A DNA stretch of 63,969 nucleotides, the filler included, from Phoronis australis (lineage: Eukaryota; Animalia; Phoronida), in NCBI GenBank assembly GCA_002633005.1. It is 9 parts of 9 records of this genome, joined end to end, with 100 filler letters (N's around TTAATTAATTAA, not from the genome) between each part and the next. Parts side by side here need not be neighbours in the genome. Positions count along the whole stretch, not along the records: positions 1 to 19,933 come from NMRA01000620.1; positions 20,034 to 35,667 come from NMRA01000808.1; 7 more parts are not named here. One strand, written 5' to 3'. The notes beneath the pieces are model-generated. The model was not told the origin of the DNA. It saw only the letters and a list, made by a program, of their open reading frames with translations, and ran no database searches. Positions 14,801 through 28,200 of this stretch are shown piece after piece (the stretch's first letter is position 1; the number at the start of each line of letters is the position of its first letter). A program made the translations under genes and the position numbers.

Positions 14801-17800
14801 CTCAGGCATCAGCTGTTCTTCTTCTGTGGTCTCTAGGGCTGCTTCTTGGAACTGTGTCTTCGCAATTTCTCTTGGCAATGGACAGCACCCTTCTTATGGC
14901 ATTGAGTTTGGTCCTATTGGGAATAACTACAGCTGTGATCCCGCTGCCTTCTTCGATATACCTTATGATTGTAATAATTACAGTACATGCTTTCGCTGCC
15001 GGCATATTGGGCGTCGGTAAGTACATGTAAAATAAAATCACTTTTAATTAGTTACCGTAGGTGATCAGGAGTGGGCGTTTAGACAAGCATGGTGTTTGGT
15101 CGCACGACAGAACCAGATTTCCAGAAGGCAGTGGTAGTTGTGAAGGTCACTACGCATATTCGTGTGAGTAAAAGGGTGCAAGAAAAAACGGCAGAGTAGG
15201 GAGATAGTCAGACTCGTGATGAAATGTGAAGGTGGGCTTGCATAGGGGCTTCAGCTGCGGAGAGGGGGGCCACGTTAGAAGGACAATGGATAGGAAGAAC
15301 GAGGTTGCGAATGTAGTCCCTTTGATTTATTGTCGTCGTTAAAATGGCCGTGGATATTAAATTTTAAAGTGAATGTCTTAATCAATTCCACAGCGAATAA
15401 TGGTTAAAAAAATGCAAGTTTAGGAACGAGTTTGCGTTTTACACGAAACTTAATTTTTCAATTTTTCGTGCACACATATAGCGTGATATTTCAGTAGTGT
15501 GATACTAAATTGTAGTTGGTTTTATTATACATGAGTGATGATACAACAGCGCAATAATTCTGATATCCAACGGTAATTAAAGAAGCATGCCACCAAAAAA
15601 CAACGTATTTTGTGTCAATATAGATCGTGTAGTTCACTTGATAACAGCAAGTTCAGTTCTTTTACCTGACACGAGACGGCAGACGGAGGTGCCGAAATTA
15701 ACCACAGGTGTTACTGGTTCTAACACAACAAGTTCAACAGTTCACAACACGCTTAGTACTGTCAGCTTATTTCTTGACTTATCGCTTTACACACCAATAA
15801 ATCATCAGAATTCTATGCAAAACTTACAAATATATTAAGTTTTAAACAAACGAGCCGTTTTATTTCGTTGTTACACAAATTTTGAACGTACCGTAGTCTT
15901 CAAAGTTCGTAGGTCAACTTTCCGAGGTCGGTCGCGGGAAGTTTGGATCTGTTCGATAACAAATTGGAATTATTCTTCCATGAAATACAGATTTTGCTCA
16001 GTTCTAAACACACAAAACGCTTGTTGTAACTCAGTGGCTCGGAACTCGATTATCCTGTAGTCTGGGGCCCGACTGTAGACATCACAAACATAAACCAACC
16101 GAGTTTGTCCGCTGCCAAAAGTTGAAAATTGTCTCGAAAAGACTACATGTAGATAAGTGAACCAAATAAATAATGTTCACGTGAATATTTTGGTAAATAT
16201 GCCGCAAACGTGCAAATGTACTTTCCCGTCGGCTGCCGCGAAACCAGGTTCCCTTTCCGCAGAAAAATACTGGGCAGAAGGTGTACAGTACAATAACAAT
16301 GATTCGATTGATAGATTGATGTATTCTAAAAAAAGATTCCCTTAACGTCTGACCATACCATATAAAAACGTCTTACCATACCATATAAAAACGTCTGACC
16401 ATACCATATGAAATCGAGTTATTGTTTCACAACAGCTTTCTAAATTATCATACGATCACACAGCCTCGGTGGCCCGGCCCATTAGTCAGAAACGCAGTAT
16501 GATTTATTCATTGTTGGTTTCCCAAAACATTTGCAGACACGCACACTCCAAAGGCATTACAAATTGTCTACTGAGACAATCATTTTAGCCACTTTGTTTC
16601 AGTTTTATTAAACATTGGTTGGGGTGAGAGTCACTTATTTTGAAACAGAACAATGTCGGCCACAGACGCGGAAATATTTCACGGCCTTATACTTGGTATT
16701 AACGGCGTGCTATTTATTCTCTACTGCCGCGAACCACTTCCGAAGCATTTCAGATTCTCAAGAAAATCGAAAAAAGAACGGTATACTCGCCTTCCTAGTA
16801 GATTCATTGTTTGCACGAGCGGGAACAATACGCAACACCATAGAGGCACACACTCATCTGAAGAACCACTGACGTTGGTCCGTCGTGTACTCACCTTCCT
16901 CACAGGTTAATGCGAATCCTCTCGGCGAGTTGATGTGGATATAATAGACCGATTAAGACGGTAAAATCGAAATACATCTTATGGCATTCTCCTTTAAGTA
17001 TGATTAATCCTCCAATAAAAGATAATGTGAATATGAATTGCAATTAAAAGTTTACTGTGAGGATATTGAATTATTCAGTTTCCAACGTAACGTGATCTTC
17101 ACCATTTTTGGTTCTGCTACGTTTACAGATTCTTTCAGGAAATTCACAACTGTCTCTAGACCCATTCTGGGCTGCTGAGAGCAATTTAACATATGACCAT
17201 GGACAACTTGCATTGTCACCTCGCTGTTCTTTCAAGGTTTTACATTGTGTAGATGTCGCCTTGCTTTATGAGTAACAATTGGCAATTGGGTGATGGTGTT
17301 GTAGAAACAAGTGTTCATTATTTCTCACCGTCACATTTTTCTGAATTACACTTACATTGGAATATTTAATGGCTTTGAGGAAAGCAGACTATCCAACTCC
17401 TTGCTGTGGTATGTTGGTTATCTTATTCGTTTCATTAAAAATGTTGACTGGGATATATTACTCCATTTATTTTGGGGGAAATCTTGGACTTTTTACCGTC
17501 GAAACTATGAATACTCCTGGGTTCGATATAAAGATATCAGAAACCTTATTCACAAAAATCGGCCATTTTTACAATATTTCACATATGTGTACATGTAGCA
17601 AAATACATTATCTTCATTCTCGGGGAGCTTCATTTACTAAATTTATACCGTGTAGCGAGAAAGCAGATTGAGTAGAACCACCTTGGAAGCGCAAAACAGC
17701 GTGGAATTCACATGCAAGTTGTATTGAGCACAAATTGAGATTAATTTGTAAGTGATATCAATCAAAATGTTTTGATGTTGGAAAATGCTAACGTATAGCG

Positions 17801-19092
17801 GAATTGCAGCAGATATCAGTTTCATCATGCCATCGGTAAAGACGTGGCGATGACATTATTGGTTGCAAAATGCGACGATGAAGACATTGGGTGGGTTTGC
17901 TATGAATGAATTCGAAGTAGTTGGTAGTGATTGTTACGATAATAATCGACACTTGGAGGGGCAGTCTACTACATCACGTGAGATCTCGAGTACGCAAACA
18001 ACACCCTCACTAGGCAAAAGGAAATGTATGTCCTTATTTTTAGTGCTCTTATCTTTTTCAGGATTTTTAGTTATTTTAGTGGAGGTCGGTGAAAGGCATC
18101 GAAACCAACTAATACAAGCAGACTACGCGTTCAGATTTTTTGGACCCTTAGTTGGCGCATTGACTGTAAGGCCATTCCAGTCAAAAGAAATTGGCGCAGC
18201 CTGGCAGTCGTGGAATGAGACGTCTATGTCTTATCTTCCGAATGATAACGTGACTTCTCTATGTACGCTCAACTGTAGTCTGTCAGACTCACGTCACTGG
18301 ACTGAGTCTCATATTCTTTACGGATACATAATACTGGGCGGTGCGTGTTTTGTACCAGCTCTCTGTTTTTTCTCTATATATTTCATGAAACCACCTAAAG
18401 ATGAGGACATTGCCGCAGGACCATCAAAAGCGGAAGAGTCAAGATCATCAAAACAAGTATTCCGTAGTCAAACTGTTATCGCAATGGCTGTTTTGATGTT
18501 TTTGGCATGCTTATGTTTCAATGCATCTCAGAAAGCGTACTTGGATCTTTTCACTACGTTTTGCGTTGAGTCCAAGGCAGACGTCACCAAGTCAGAAGCA
18601 GTCCTCATGATGTCAGTATGCTATGGCGCGTATACTTTTGGATGTATTAACGCTATTTGGATTTCTAAATTGATCGATTCATTTGCAATGATGCTTGTCA
18701 ACATAACCACCCTAGCAGTTGTATTTCTGGTGCTGTGTTTTGCCGCCGAACGAAGCACGTTTCTCCTTTGGTTTTCATCAGTGTGCATTGGTCTTTGCTG
18801 TAGCTCCGTGCCTGCGACCTCAATCAGTTTTTCTCTAGCGTACATAGCGGATGACTCAGTCTTGGTGAACATTTGTGTAGCAGGCCACATAGCGGGAGCC
18901 ATGGTGTTGCCACCTATAATACCGCTCACGTTTGATAAAATCGGACCTATGGCACTGATGTACTTTTGTTTTGGCGGCATGTTTATTGCGCTGTTGCTCT
19001 TAACCCCGCTGTATCATTTGAAGAAATATTCAGCACAGGACAGGGAAACAATGGACGACGAAAGGATCTCAATCTTGGATAGGAATAACTAG
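11812..19092 (+). CDS. MFS transporter, MFSD4/NAGLT1-like, copy 2, complete: join(11812..11913,14734..15016,18062..19092), 471 aa
   Basis: ATG at 11812 follows an acceptor (tttcag ending 11802) and reads MCASLDREDSDISSEYSRLDIFVIFTCFLGTFIR|gtaagt (phase 0). It joins cag|AGC at 14734; donor G|gtaagt at 15016/15017; acceptor ttttcag|GA at 18062. Total 1416 nt = 472 codons, in frame. The ORF-track start at 17863 is intronic. Confidence 0.82.
12061..12238. mobile_element. MITE in intron 1 of MFS copy 2
   Basis: Perfect 14-bp TIR: aattgacctatcgc (12061-12074) and gcgataggtcaatt (12225-12238). Confidence 0.6.
13030..14125 (+). mobile_element. Decayed HERO-type (RLE-clade) non-LTR retrotransposon, pre-RT and RT N-terminal region
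   Basis: Fragments QFDEVINATVEAAIVGEDEKKLQLMACLIYAVGRDGFGT, HQTHS...DTDEPTW, SLFNVKGQI and QKGGVPGFSG*VE (about 13898-13936). These match HERO/R2-superfamily motifs (QFDEDLD..LE, EPTW.EV, SLLNVEGKI, QKGG.PG..GC.EH). Many stops and frameshifts. Confidence 0.75.
14180..14710 (-). mobile_element. 3' end of an L1/Tx1-type LINE (zf-RVT C-terminus and A-rich tail)
   Basis: Minus strand reads SFCNKAPETLSHLFWECRLVQDF, then LLKAKLYKERC and FSTKW, followed by an A-rich tail (plus strand tttattttattttt at about 14180). Confidence 0.7.
15581..16993. mobile_element. Non-autonomous DNA transposon with TTAA TSD (Kolobok-like), in intron 2 of MFS copy 2
   Basis: Flanked by TTAA at 15577-15580 and 16994-16997. 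Ends are agaagcatgcca and tggcattctcct (imperfect TIR starting AG). The paralogous intron of copy 1 has a single TTAA at 1399-1402 (empty site). Confidence 0.75.
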
Positions 19093-19933
19093 AGAGGAGT
19101 TAAGCAACGTGTTAAGTTTTGGTGTGCGTGTGTGTGTCCACAGACGTGAATATACGAGGTTAAGAATACAACATCTTGTACAGAATTTCAATTTGTTGAA
19201 TTTAAGAACTTGATAAGTTGAAATTTTCTCTGTTAAGATGAATAACGTGAAATTGGAATTTTGCTCGCCTTTTAATAGCCCTTACAGTAACGGGATTCCG
19301 TTTCCTTTCCCAACTGTGCTGTCAGAGAATCCCTACATTTGTACATGTTCATGGCGCCATATTTGAAATGGAAAATTCAGGGTTAGCTAATCCCAAACAT
19401 TTCCTTGTTTGTACATTAAATTACAACACTATAAGGAAAATGGTCAGACTGTTGATATGATTTAAAAGATGCACCAGTTAAACAGTGCAAAATTCAGCTT
19501 GGATTTTTTTATGCTTTCTATTTATTATTTTACCCTATTGAGTTGGTCGAGCAATATCAGTCACAAAACTGGCACAATACTGTTTCTCTCGTGCAAATGG
19601 CCAGAGATGATTGTCTTTCCACCATTGATTACCTGGTTTCCGTGCCAAAGTCTAGCCCTTTGCTAATCACGTCATCACTCGATTGCCGCAAAGAGACTAA
19701 TCGCCTGTCCCATTACAAGTGGCTGGCCACTATTTGAGTGTAGTGGTGGCCGCGGCCTCTGGTTGTTCATTGGTACAATGGAAAGAGACGATAATCTTGC
19801 CCGTTTGCAATCTTTTCAGGTGTGTGTTGCTTCAATACAAAAAAATCGCGCTTGTACTGATTTTGTTAAAAACCACACACTCTTCATACGCGGATTTGGG
19901 GGGCAGGGGGCCCGCCCCCCCTTGACTGCCGCA

Positions 19934-20033
19934 NNNNNNNNNNNNNNNNNNNNNNNNNNNNNNNNNNNNNNNNNNNNTTAATTAATTAANNNNNNNNNNN
20001 NNNNNNNNNNNNNNNNNNNNNNNNNNNNNNNNN
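19934..20033. other. Artificial contig linker N44-TTAATTAATTAA-N44; also at 35668-35767, 38395-38494, 46493-46592, 50730-50829, 54453-54552, 57296-57395, 62174-62273
   Basis: The identical 100-bp spacer occurs eight times and has stops in all six frames. Gene content changes abruptly across each one. Confidence 0.95.
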
Positions 20034-20292
20034 GGTGTGTCACTCTCGTCACAGTGTGTCACTCTCGTCACGGTGTGTCACTCTCGTCACAGTGTGTCAC
20101 TCTCGTCACGGTGTGTCACTCTCGTCACGGTGTGTCACTCTCGTCACAGTGTGTCACTCTCGTCACGGTGTGTCACTCTCGTCACAGTGTGTCACTCTCG
20201 TCACGGTGTGTCACTCTCGTCACGTTGTGTCACTCTTGTCAAGGTGTGTCATTCTTGTCACGGTGTGTCATTCTTGTCACGGTGTGTCATTC
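20034..20292. repeat. Minisatellite, 19-bp unit gtgtgtcactctcgtcac(a/g), about 13 copies
   Basis: Read directly; accounts for the three overlapping repetitive ORFs at 20035-20340. Confidence 0.95.
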
Positions 20293-21042
20293 TTTTTGCC
20301 AATGGCAGTTATTTACAAAACTGAGAAATCACTAATTTAGAATAAGTAAGAACAAGTTGAGTCTAGTTTCTTAGCAGTAAGTGGTTCAAATGAAACTTTT
20401 GCTTCTTTGTTGGAATACAACATGGTTATCTCATCTAGTCAGTGTGAGTGTGAGTGTGTTGGGTTTTAGTATCAGTGTGGCTGTGTAAGGATTCAGTTTA
20501 GACATCAATTTTCTATGTCTGACAATGTTTAGATGTTAACACTGATTCTAAAGACAAAAACTTGTCAGAGTTCCAAGAAAACTGTGATTTGAATTTCAGC
20601 TGTATGTACATTGGTTGATAGCTGTGGAGCATTGTCAGACAGGCATATGTTTCTGTTAGTCACTTGTGCTTGTAACATTCACAGGTCTGTGGGAGGTTTT
20701 GACATGGAGTTAATGTAAATACCAACAACATCATGGTGCCTTCTCTATGGACAATTATCTGTGGTATAGATATAGTTGTCTGGTGCTTATAACACTACTC
20801 ATACGCGATTCTTGGGCGACCAGGCCTGCATTCATTCCTTATACATAGAAGCAAAATACCAGATTTTGCTATCACCGTGCATTGCAAACAAGGCACATGA
20901 CCACTCTAACTTTACTCGCAACATTTTTGAGTCTGGGGAAAGCAGCCTGGACAATGGATGCCAATGTCTATTGATAAAAAGACACGGTACAAGGGATGAT
21001 ACCACTTTCACCACCCGTCATTACGGTTACCTACCAGAGACA

Positions 21043-21126
21043 ATACCACAATGCCAAGATACCACAATGCCAAGATACCACAATGCCAAGATACCACAAT
21101 GCCAAGATACCACAATGCCAAGATAC
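21043..21126. repeat. Tandem repeat, 16-bp unit ataccacaatgccaag, about 5 copies
   Basis: Read directly. Confidence 0.9.
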
Positions 21127-22280
21127 TCATCCAAAAGGATATTATAGTTGGCACCATTCCCCTGTTATCCCCTTTAGTGAGAAAGCTCCCCATGTCTGAT
21201 CATAGGTTTCACTGCCCTGATGAATACAGCGTTTGTGTGTAAGTATGCTTGTCAAGCCACCTGCAGTCCAGATTACTTTGACATTAACATTAGTGTTATA
21301 AATATCTTATGTATTTGTAATTGGTGTGGTTGGCATTGCTTTTTATGCGCCCACATATTTATATGTGGACGCATTATTAGTGAATCAATCTGTTGCACTT
21401 ATAATAAATCTGTCATTCTTATAAATAAAAGATTAATCTAGTGGTAGGTGTTCATACTGTGAAAATGGAGTAATGTGTCCATTGGAATGCTCCACCATGT
21501 TGTTGATACAATGTTTTCTGTCCTTGTCTTCCTCATTTTAACCCAATGGTGTCCATCTTACAAACATCCTTAATGTCTCAAGTACTATGATTGATGTTTT
21601 CTTTTGGTGCTTGTTTTTTAAGTCGTGTTTGAAAGTAAAACTGCACTACATGACAAAAGTTATCAGGCAAATTACCTCTGTCCTTGTAATGATTGCTTTC
21701 TATTTTCAACAAAAATGTGTGAATAACTGGCCATTGGGGCAAAAGACTACTTAATAATAGCCTTGCCACCACTATCCAGTCACCATGACTGAAGTCTGGT
21801 TCATTTTTTGCTAGCTTATGACATGCTCTGGAAGTCACTGGTGTAATGCCAAACACGTGATCATCCAGTTGACATGGTTATTTGTCATGAATATGACTTA
21901 AAAACGAAAAATAGGAATAACATTTTGCATGATGGGTGGCAACTTCTATAGTATTTACACTCACTCTTTTATGAGAAAACAGTTTAACACTTGCTATATG
22001 CTCTTACTTGTATTACCGAAGGTTTGTCCGAATCTTTCACTCACTGGATATGTTCTAGCATTGTGCTTAAAATGTCACCTTTTCATCTGGGCTCCATCTT
22101 GGCTCAATTCATGGACACTGGGCTCCATCTTGGCTCAATTCATGGACACTTGATTTTTCTCCATTTAACTATACAAAAGTGTCCTTGCTGGGGGTCCAGA
22201 ATTCCTTGGAAATGCGCTTACCCAAATAACGACTTCCATGGTCATAGGTTGTCGTCTTATCTGTCTTCATCTGTTGACAG

Positions 22281-25200
22281 GTGTGTAGTTGTCCTGTATA
22301 ACCCCAAGAAGAATAAGCAGAGTCACATCGTCAACAGCTCCAAGAAGACCATCACCTCCTTGGCCTTCTCAGGGGATGGCAAACACCTGGTCACAGGAGA
22401 GGTATGTCACCTGGGTTCCTGACACCATCACACATTTTTTGAGACTCAAAACTAGAAATTGACTAATCACTTTTCATGATATTTGAAAGTTCACTTGAAG
22501 CATGTCACATTGTTGATCAATTCTTGACTAAAATTTGGTAGTTGTATCACGTGAAATTTGAAAGGTTGCATGAAGCATACTACATGATTGATCATTTTTC
22601 AGTTGTTTAGTTGCGTTGGGATCTAGTTACCTGGTTGTATTGGAATGATCAAACCTTTACATTGCTATGCAACTAAGCCTGTGAGACACTGCCAGTAATT
22701 TGTGGTAGCACTTAAGGCCAATGTGGTTTTGTGCGTGAGCTTACATGGTCATCTCGACTTGCGGTATAATTTTGTGCTTTAAATCGAACTAGAAATTGTG
22801 TTTGCTTTTTGTGTCCTACTCTTGTGCAAACTCGATGCAAGTACTCTATGATTCAGTCCAAGTTTGCATTTGATGACTCCCAAGATTTGATTTTCAAACT
22901 CAAGTAAAAACTCAATGCGTAGCTTTGAATCTGGCGTCATCAACAAAAAACTGGAACTAGAAAGATTATTGTTACGACGTGACAATAATGGACTCTGCGC
23001 GTGTGTATTACTTGAATTTTTATGTGAAGCTATTGACAACAACTCGTTTACCAATATGAAGAAGAATTCTTGAAAACTGTAGGAGGAATTACATGTGGAT
23101 TATTTGATGACCTTTGCACTAATTGACCCCGTCCGATGCATTATGAGTCCCGATGAGGAAACGAGTGTAAACTCTATGAAAAGTGAGGCTAATGTTAAGA
23201 ATTACAGATGTGTTACTTTAAGCATTTTAGAATATAAGATGAATTAATTACAAATTTTCAGAAGAAAAATTCGCCTAATGTGGTTAATGCTAAGAATCAC
23301 AAATGTTTTACTTTAAGCACTTTAGAATACAACATGAATGAATTGGTTGACACATCAGAATACTTGGTGAATGAAAAAAACAAATTTTCAGAAGAAAAAT
23401 GCACTTAATGACCCCATGGTTGCACTAAATGACCTGAAACTTCGTATTTCAAATTGAATTAGACGTAACAATCTGACTTGTGAATTTGAAGTGTCTAGCT
23501 CAAAATTTTAGTTTGCACTCGATGACCTTTGACCTATTTTCTCTGATTGGATGGCCCTACTGTTTAGTAAAGTAGGGTATTTCATTGGCATGTAGCTTTA
23601 CATCAATGTGCTGGAATTGAAGCGAATTCCTTGAAAATGTAGAAGAAATAACATTTTCAAAAGTAGATGACCTTTGCACTAATTGACGCTATCCAGCGCA
23701 TTACAAGCCCTTTTAGTAGAACTATTGCAAAGTTCATGAAAAGTGTATTTAATGCTGAGAATCACAGTTCTTTAATGGTTGACACATCAGACTACTTGGT
23801 GAATGTAAAGGACAAATTTTTAGAAGAAAAATGCACCTAATGACCCCATTGTTGTACTAAATGACCTGAAACTTTGTATTATGAATTGAATAAGACGTAC
23901 CAGTCAGACTTGTGAATTTGAAGTGTCTAGCTCAAAATTTTTGTTTGCACCTAATGACCTTTGACCTGTTTTATCTGATTGGATGATTCGATTACTTAGA
24001 AAAGTAACTTTTTAAATTGTCTTCTTGACTTATACCTGTGCACCGAATTTGAAAAAGATAGCTTTAAAAATGAAGAAGTAGCATTTTGAAAATTATATGA
24101 CCTTTGCATAAAAAAAACGACCTCTTCCGGTGCAATATGGAATATGATTATATAACGAATCAAAATTTATGTACTGTCAAAACTTATATGCTGAATAGAA
24201 AGAACATACCTACACCCAATTCGGAGTTATTAAGCCTCAAAGTTGGTCGGAAGAAGAATAAGAAGAAGAATAAGAATAAGAATAAAATTGAAGAAAACCC
24301 AGGAACAACAGTACTCTGCGCTTCCACGCGCAGAGTAATTAGACATTCATCCAAGCATACCTTAATGTAGTTGAGCACAGAATAATTGAGACTAAGTACC
24401 TTGAGTTTGCACAAAGGTGAGACGGAAAATGGCATTAATTATTACGAGTTCGTTTTAGAATACAAAGATTAGACTCTGGTCTAGATACTAAAGGATGCGT
24501 TTGACACCGAAAAACGTTTGCCGAAGGAAGAACAGAGCTACAGTTGTGATTTTCATTCTGCATTAATTTCTGTCATTGGCTGTTTTAGACCTGTTCTTAC
24601 AATAAGTCTTCACTTCTTCTATCACACAGTGGTGTTATTTTGTCACAATTCAGAATGAAAGTAAACTTCAGGGATTTTTAATTCTTGGTTGTCATCATGC
24701 CTTTGTCATAGAACTGTATGTTTATTATTTGTAGCAAGGTAAATGTCCTTTTGAAAAAAGTGAAGAAAAATGAGTTTTGTTCAAAGTAATTGAAGAGTCA
24801 CCACACATATTTCGGACATGTTAGGAGTACCTCAAATAATTCAAAATATTCTGCGCTCTGCTTGTTGAAGTGTGAATAATTATGTTCAATAGCTTTGTTT
24901 GACTACTTCATACTAAGCCTTACAACCTTGTATTACTTCATACAAAGCCTTACAACCTTGTATTACTACTTCATACTAAGCCTTACAACCTTGTATTACT
25001 ACTTCATACTAAGCCTTACAACATTGTATTACTACTTCATTCTAAGCCTTACAACCTTGTATTACTACTTCATACTAAGCCTTACAACCTTGTATTACTA
25101 CTTCATACTAAGCCTCACAACCTTGTATTACTACTTCATACTAAGCCTCACAACCTTGTATTACTACTTCATACTAAGCCTCACAACCTTGTATTACTAC

Positions 25201-28200
25201 TTCATACTAAGCCTCACAACCTTGTATTACTACTTCATACTAAGCCTTGCAACCTTGTATTACTATTTCATACTAAGCCTTGCAACCTTGTATTACTATT
25301 TCATACTAAGCTTTGCAACCTTGTATTACAATTTCATACTAAGTCTTACAACCTTGTATTACTATTTCATACTAAGTCTTACAGCCTTGCATTACTATTT
25401 CATACTAAGTCTTACAGAATTGCATTGACGAGTATAACTACTTCATTCAAGTTGGGGTCTCTGTTATTTCCAGTGTGGCCATCAACCATGTGTACGTGTG
25501 TGGGATGTCGAGGAAAGAGTTCAGGTGGCAGAGTTCAAAGGTCACAAATTTGGGATTAACTGTGTGGTAAGAATTCTATTCACTTCTACAATACACTTTT
25601 ACTGTCCAAATCTTGTGACCTTTCCTTCACGTGTCCTGTTGTAGGTCCGTCTTTATATTCAACTGAGGCTGAAAATAGCATTTATATTTTCAGATGTTTG
25701 AGAAATTATTCATTACCTAAGTTGTAATTATTTTATTTCTGTTAGATTTTAATAGTCTAAAACTGAGAAGTGGAAAGTTTTAAAGGTATTTGTGTGTGGA
25801 GTCTCACGGATTACATGTGTAAGTTATAACCGTATCTCCACTTGGTTCGTATTAAACCAAGTTAACAAAATTGAAATAAACAAGTAACATTGAAAAGAAA
25901 AAAACAGGCATTATAGAAATGTGTAACTAAAATTCTTTTTTGTTTCTTCTAGACATTTTCACCCAACCTTAAATACATTGTGTCGATCGGCAGCCAGCAT
26001 GACATGATTGTAAATGTGTGGAACTGGAGGACCAGTACCAAGGTGGCATCCAATAAGATTGCCTGCAAGGTATGTTGTCCACCTCGAGGCAGCGTGTGCC
26101 AATTGTACAATTTGTTTTGTGTGCACCAACAAAAGTTCTCATTGTCCTTATAGGGACATTTTCACCAGTTTTACTGCCGGAAATGAATAGGACTGGAGCT
26201 AAAGAACAAGAAAATCTTGTGTTTTTGTGATTTCATTATAAATCACTAACTCTTGCCGTTGTCTGCCAAGGTCAGTGGCTTCACCAGTTAAATACTCTTG
26301 AAGTACTGTGCGGGTAACCTGACTATTGGCGTTGCTTGCACCATCCCCTTTTGTAGGAATTTCACCTTTTGCCTTTCCATTGCAATCAATTCCTGGCGCT
26401 ATTCGTGTGAAAACTTCAATTATGTTAAAACATATTTGTGACCTACTTCAAGGAGTGCACTCAGAATTAGGTGGCAATTTTGGAGTGCCTGATTTGCGCA
26501 CACTGTTTACAAATCTTCTCAAAATTGGATTCGCAATGTTCGCTCATTGTGCTATGATAGCTCATGGTGCTATGATAGCTCATGGTGCAATGATAGCTCA
26601 TGGTGCAATGATAACTCATGGTGCAAGTATTTTCTGTTGTTAACCCTTGTGCCATCTTCCTAAAGCACAACTAATCTTGCTATGTGACCAGAATGACCGG
26701 ACTCAGCAGCTATGTCAACTGTAGTCCACAGTCTTATCCACTCACAGAGTTGTGATTGTTGTGAAGTGTGACTGATGTGACTGACCTATTTCTGAATGGA
26801 ATTCTTTACTCGTCATTGTCGAATTTCAGGCTGCATTGATGATTGTCCGATGCGTTTTTTGACAAGTTTAGAGTTTGTATGTTCATCTTGGTGAAAGAAA
26901 GCAAGTCCTGTTATACTAAGGAATTATTAGTTCTATCATGGTAATGAAGTGTTTAAGATATATTTTACGAGAGTAAAAGACCTTATTTGATTTTTGTGTT
27001 TTAGCCAATTAAACGGTGTGAAAAGTTGCTAAATTCATGTTTGTTTTACCTAGGTGTGATCGCATGTTATTCCTGTTTTCATAATTTCAGGTCAATGCTG
27101 TTGCTTTCTCTGAAGATGGGAACATGTTTGTCACAGTTGGCAGTCGTCATGTCAAGTTCTGGTATTTGGAAGCTAGCAAATCAAAGGTGATTCTGAAACC
27201 TGTTATTAATTCAACAAAATCTTTGACACCTCAGTAACTGTCCATCTTAGAAAATCCATCCTTTCTATCACCTTTGTCTTTAGGAAATATTTAATGGTGT
27301 TGTCACGGGTGTCTAAGAAGTCAGTGGTTGTTATTTTGTTTCATACTGTTGCTACATTGTTGTATTTTACTCCATATGAGTGGTATCAAGTTTGAAACTC
27401 GCACTTTGTTAGTCATTAATGATGTTAATTAGTGACTGCATGCATTTTATTATTTTGCAGATCAAGACAGAAACGCTGCCCCTGATGGGACGTTCAGGAA
27501 TATTAGGAGAACAGAAGAACAACCATTTCTGTGATGTGGCATGTGGGCGGGGTGAGATGGCTGAGAGTACATATGTCATAACGCAGTCTGGACTGTTGTG
27601 TGAATTCAATGCCAAACGTCTACTAGACAAGTGGGTGGAGCTACGGGTAAGTGTAAGCTGAGAAGACTTGCAAATGAGTGGGGGAGTTGAGGCTCAAAAG
27701 ATGAGAAATGAGTTATTTTGATGTAATCATTGGCTATCGGGAATCCACAAATTTTGACTGTTTGATGTCCCATAAAGTGGTAACCAGATACTTAATAAGC
27801 TGTGTTAGGCCCAAACATTTGCCAAAATATCAAAAATCCTGAAATTTCCTTTAATCTAAGTGAGTTGTGTGATAAGTGAGTAAACTTTAGGCATGAGTTT
27901 TGGGAGTGGTGGGTCGAGCTTAAGTTGGCGGAAATTGCGTGACAGGTGAGTGAAGTTATGTTTGAGTTGTGAGACAAGTGGGTGGAGCTTAAGTTGATGG
28001 AAATTGTATGACAGATGGGTGAAGTTAAGTTTGAGTTGTGTGACAAGTGGGTGGAGCTTAGTACTGTTGTATATGAATTAATACATGGATAAATATATTT
28101 TACTGTTGTGAAACCTGATTCATTGAGGTCTGTTCCAGTAAAATCCATGTGGGGGGGACGGCAGTAGAAATAAAAATTCATGGGTGGTGGTCTTCAGAAA

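Noticed and set aside
17863-18061. N-terminal extension of the 409-aa ORF
   Set aside because: Intronic read-through. The true exon starts at the acceptor at 18062, matching 2755 in the paralog.
20035-21242. Cys/His-rich repetitive ORFs
   Set aside because: They are translations of the 19-bp and 16-bp tandem repeats.
23140-23175. cgatgaggaaac as another hammerhead core
   Set aside because: It lacks CUGA and has no stem II between the core motifs.
24895-25428. 177-aa hydrophobic repeat ORF ([11 protein letters not shown])n
   Set aside because: By-product of an intronic 33-bp minisatellite whose unit lacks stops in one frame; it also has a non-ATG start.
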